A DNA stretch of 63,762 bases, counting the filler. It is 8 parts of 8 records of this genome, joined end to end, with 100 filler letters (N's around TTAATTAATTAA, not from the genome) between each part and the next. Parts side by side here need not be neighbours in the genome. Positions count along the whole stretch, not along the records: positions 58,543 to 63,762 come from SRR31147125_33107; 7 more parts are not named here. One strand, written 5' to 3'. Below, in pieces: positions 60,504 through 63,762 of the stretch. Numbering within the stretch: position 1 is the stretch's first letter; the number at the start of each line of letters is the position of its first letter. The position numbers were made by a program, and so were the translations under genes. Under the pieces are notes generated by a model. It saw only the letters and a list, made by a program, of their open reading frames with translations, was not told the origin of the DNA and ran no database searches.

Positions 60504-62660
60504 ATGGAGGACAAAGCTGTGAAGAAAATTCAAAGCTTGATTTTTTTGACTCTTATAATAGCGACCTTTGTTCAGGTGGCCGACGCTCAGGTGAGCCGAC
60601 GTTTCTGGATCGGTCGTATGTCATGGACCATAGACAGTCAGGGTACCGAATGGATTTCACAATCCACTTCCACAGGACAGAATGGAATCCAATTATGGTA
60701 CGACTGGGAACCATGGCCAAGTTATGAAAACGATATTGGCTATCACGGAGTTGATGTTAATGGAAACACTAATTTATCAGGTCACGGAAAGACAATTACT
60801 GGTGCTATTGATTACTGGAACGGCGCCAGAAACTGGGCAGCTCCACCTGCTGGCACATGGGGCCCGGATGGTGCCGAGGCTGTTTATACGCCTGGCATTA
60901 CCTACCCTGTTTTTGTCAATGATAATGGACCGGTAACATTGAACTCCTTGATCAATACTCCGGAAGAGGGTTTTGCGATTCCTATTTCCAATTACCGTGT
61001 GGACATGCCAATCATCTCGGTGGATGGTATTGCACAACAACCAATCTCTTTTAGTCCGGTTTCTACCCCATTCAACCACACTCCGAATATTGTAAGTGAC
61101 GGTCATTTTCAAGCAAAATGGAATGATCCCATTGGTGTGACCTATTTTGAAGACCGTTATGTTTACAGTCATCCGGATTACGATCGTATCATCATCCTGG
61201 ATATCAAAATCACCAACGATGGTGATGCAAATTCGATGTTAGACGGATTGGAAAGAGAAGGCCAGACATTAACTGATTATTGGCTCGGCTTAACGTCTAG
61301 TGTTGGCGATGCCCAATGGACAGAGTTTCCGAAAGATGAAGATCCAGAGGTTTGGTATAATGGTCAGATGGACTTTTTACTTGATTATGATCCTGAGACT
61401 CGTTATTTCTGGGCGTGGGATGGTGATGCCCCTGACTGGGCCGGTGATGATCAGTTTGATCCCCGTGGTGGTCCAATTGGCACTGGTATTGCTGAGAATC
61501 CAACCGGTGAATTTACGGCTCCCGAGGTGTCAGGCTATTGTATTATTCATGCACCATCCGTTCCGGGTGGGCCGAATGATCCTGCGCAGCCAAAAACATT
61601 TCGATTTCGTAGATACGATGATATAAAATCACCTGTTAATGGGGACGATATGCTCGAAGCATGGAATTGGATGACCGGTGAAGACGGAAATGATATGTAC
61701 CAACAAGGTTTTGGAGATAATCCTTATACAGGACCTACGGATGGTATTGCACATTATCTGCCAATAACCGGTTTTGGGCCCTATACAGTGGCTCCAAATG
61801 AAACCATCAACCTGGTTTATGCATTTGCAATTGGGCATATCAGTGAAGCCCGTTGTATCGAATTGGGCAAACTGGTTAAAGATGGCTCTATGGCTCTTGA
61901 GGATGCGAAAACAGAGATCTATGAAGGCGGTCTTGCAGACCTTCATGCTCAGTTTGAACGGGCCAAAGAGCTTTATGCAAATAATTATGCTGCACCCAAA
62001 TTGCCAGATCCACCAACCAATATCGCAATCAAATCTGGTCCTGAACAAGTGAGCATAACATGGGATGCTGTTTCCGGTGCTGATGCATATCGTATATACC
62101 GTGCTGTTGGTGGTGTTGATAATGGCCGTGTTTACAACTTGATTGATGAGACAACAAGTACATCCTATGTTGACGATGGACTGCAACGAGGTAGTAACTA
62201 TTTTTATAACATCACTAGTGTCCAGGGTAATCTTGAAAGTAACAAGTTCTTTACCCGCATCAACAAGGAAGCCGTACCATTCCGTACGCCACCAACAGGC
62301 GCAGAGTGGACCGATAACGTACGGGTTGTCCCAAATCCAATAAATGTTAAAGGTAATAGATACGTGGACGCCGCTGGTCATAACACGACTGGTTTTAATT
62401 ATGATGGTGGAAACCGTGAACAGAATACCTTGTTGTTTGTTAACCTTCCTGCTGAATGTACAATTCGGATTTATGATTCTGGTGGCTTGCTTGTAAAAAC
62501 CCTGGAACATACATCCGGTACTGCAGATGAACGATGGTCCCCGATTATTACGGAAGATAACGTGACGCCTGCTTCTGGCATTTACTTTTATACCATAGAG
62601 GCTAACATTGCTCCGTTGGAGGGGCAGGTTGCAACAGGGAAATTGGTCATCGTTCGCTAA
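60504..62660 (+). CDS. Secreted protein with Fn3 domain and C-terminal T9SS-like sorting domain (start may be GTG 60519)
   Basis: Signal peptide; Fn3 ITWD..YRIYR..YVD..YFY; VRVVPNP..FVNLP..CTIRIY..G.LVKTL..ASGIYFY..KLVIVR. Confidence 0.88.
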   Translation: MEDKAVKKIQSLIFLTLIIATFVQVADAQVSRRFWIGRMSWTIDSQGTEWISQSTSTGQNGIQLWYDWEPWPSYENDIGYHGVDVNGNTNLSGHGKTITGAIDYWNGARNWAAPPAGTWGPDGAEAVYTPGITYPVFVNDNGPVTLNSLINTPEEGFAIPISNYRVDMPIISVDGIAQQPISFSPVSTPFNHTPNIVSDGHFQAKWNDPIGVTYFEDRYVYSHPDYDRIIILDIKITNDGDANSMLDGLEREGQTLTDYWLGLTSSVGDAQWTEFPKDEDPEVWYNGQMDFLLDYDPETRYFWAWDGDAPDWAGDDQFDPRGGPIGTGIAENPTGEFTAPEVSGYCIIHAPSVPGGPNDPAQPKTFRFRRYDDIKSPVNGDDMLEAWNWMTGEDGNDMYQQGFGDNPYTGPTDGIAHYLPITGFGPYTVAPNETINLVYAFAIGHISEARCIELGKLVKDGSMALEDAKTEIYEGGLADLHAQFERAKELYANNYAAPKLPDPPTNIAIKSGPEQVSITWDAVSGADAYRIYRAVGGVDNGRVYNLIDETTSTSYVDDGLQRGSNYFYNITSVQGNLESNKFFTRINKEAVPFRTPPTGAEWTDNVRVVPNPINVKGNRYVDAAGHNTTGFNYDGGNREQNTLLFVNLPAECTIRIYDSGGLLVKTLEHTSGTADERWSPIITEDNVTPASGIYFYTIEANIAPLEGQVATGKLVIVR

Positions 62661-62715
62661 ATGAATGACAAGAATGATGATTGAGAAAAATAAAGAAAAT
62701 TTTAGGAGATGAACA

Positions 62716-63762
62716 ATGAAGAATATTATTCATAGATTTCTTATTCTCATGTTGCTTCTGACCCTGACTGTTCCGGTTTTTGCACAACAATCTCCAGGAC
62801 CAGCATTGTTAGACGATCTAAAAGGTTGGAAGCGCTCAGGGCAAGCCGCTATGCCATTTTTGGCTTTTGGTTCTGGCGGCCGGGCCATGGCTATGGGCGA
62901 TGCTGTTACTGCCCATGTCAAGGATGCCTCAGCTCTGTTCTATAATCCGGCAGGGATTGCTTATGTTGAAGGAAACTCTGTCGTTCTCGGCAATATGAAT
63001 TGGCTTCTGGATACACAAATTCTATCAGGAGCTGTAGCCGTCAACGTGAATCAAATCGGTACCTTTGGTTTAAGCTTTATGTATTACGATTACGGGGATC
63101 CGATAAATGCCACTGAAATTGATGCCTCTGCAGAATTCGGTTACCGTGATATCGGTACTATGGAACCTTCAGAATACGTCATTGGCCTTGGTTATGGCCG
63201 ACAAATTTCATCGCAATTCGCCATTGGTGGGCAGGTAAAACTTGCGCATCAGGACCTTCTTGGTGGCACAGGCGTTACGACCCGAATTGCATACGAGACG
63301 GGAACTGGCTGGATTCAGGAAGAACACGACGCAGCCAAAACGATTCTGGCATTCGACGTTGGAACCATCTACAATACGGGATTTCGTGACCTGACCATTG
63401 CCATGAGCTTTAGAAATTTTGGTGGTGAAGTAAAATATGAACGTGAAGCGTTTGATATTCCTCTGACGGTTCGTTTTGGTATAAATGGAGATATTTTCAA
63501 ACTATTTAATATGAACAAAGAGGATATGCAGCTAATACTGAACTTTGATTATCTCCACCCACGTAACTGGGATGAACAGGTTAATACAGGTTTGGAATAC
63601 GCATTTAATAACATGTTCTATGTTCGTGGAGGATATAAATTCAATTATTCGTCAGAAGGTTTAACAGTCGGTGGAGGTGTCAGACTGGATCTGTCTATGG
63701 GTGGCGTCAGAATTGACTATGCCTATAAGGATACCAAAGATACCCTGTTTGATGCTGTTCAT
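62716..63762 (+). CDS. PorV/PorQ family outer-membrane protein (3' truncated; absent from the ORF track)
   Basis: AGGAG RBS; signal peptide; FL....GRAMAMGDA, DASALFYNPAG, FDVGTIY, NFG, GLEY, RGGY, IDYAY. Confidence 0.88.
   Translation, partial: MKNIIHRFLILMLLLTLTVPVFAQQSPGPALLDDLKGWKRSGQAAMPFLAFGSGGRAMAMGDAVTAHVKDASALFYNPAGIAYVEGNSVVLGNMNWLLDTQILSGAVAVNVNQIGTFGLSFMYYDYGDPINATEIDASAEFGYRDIGTMEPSEYVIGLGYGRQISSQFAIGGQVKLAHQDLLGGTGVTTRIAYETGTGWIQEEHDAAKTILAFDVGTIYNTGFRDLTIAMSFRNFGGEVKYEREAFDIPLTVRFGINGDIFKLFNMNKEDMQLILNFDYLHPRNWDEQVNTGLEYAFNNMFYVRGGYKFNYSSEGLTVGGGVRLDLSMGGVRIDYAYKDTKDTLFDAVH

Noticed and set aside
61629-62510. 293-aa antisense ORF (and other long antisense ORFs such as 28549-29292 and 27265-27943)
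   Set aside because: Shadows of well-supported genes on the opposite strand; no recognisable motifs
1-63762. tRNA, rRNA, CRISPR arrays, transposases, integrases
   Set aside because: None recognised by eye; a tRNAscan-SE/Infernal run would be needed to exclude small RNAs

Overview
This window is not one genome. It is eight unrelated metagenomic contigs joined by 100-nt artificial spacers (N44-TTAATTAATTAA-N44). Taxonomic labels below are impressions from protein style and gene content, not search results. Contig 1 (1-5949, spirochaete-like): recG end, hom, a heliorhodopsin with an uncharacterised membrane-protein neighbour, a small beta-barrel-like protein and an M20 amidohydrolase. Contig 2 (6050-14328, AT-rich, deltaproteobacterial-like): polA, an FHA protein, a ClpP homologue with a signal peptide, an SNF transporter bracketed by 44-bp inverted repeats, and a TSP3-repeat lipoprotein. 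Contig 3 (14429-22456, Bacteroidota): rpmB/rpmG, a peroxiredoxin and an L-fucose locus. Contig 4 (22557-32665, GC-rich, Desulfobacterota-like): aromatic-acid CoA ligases, a TRAP transporter and three IclR regulators with a shared operator-like motif. Contig 5 (32766-46299): a co-oriented string of small accessory genes with decayed attC-like sites. Contig 6 (46400-52056): csp, an unassigned secreted glycosidase-like protein and ygiQ. Contig 7 (52157-58442): a dcw cluster lacking murE and murD. Contig 8 (58543-63762): TonB-dependent receptor, T9SS-like cargo and PorV/PorQ protein. Many single-base frameshifts fall in homopolymers and look like sequencing errors. Best leads: the heliorhodopsin locus in a probable diderm, the exported ClpP-like protease, the murD/murE-less dcw cluster and the TBDR-cargo-PorV module.
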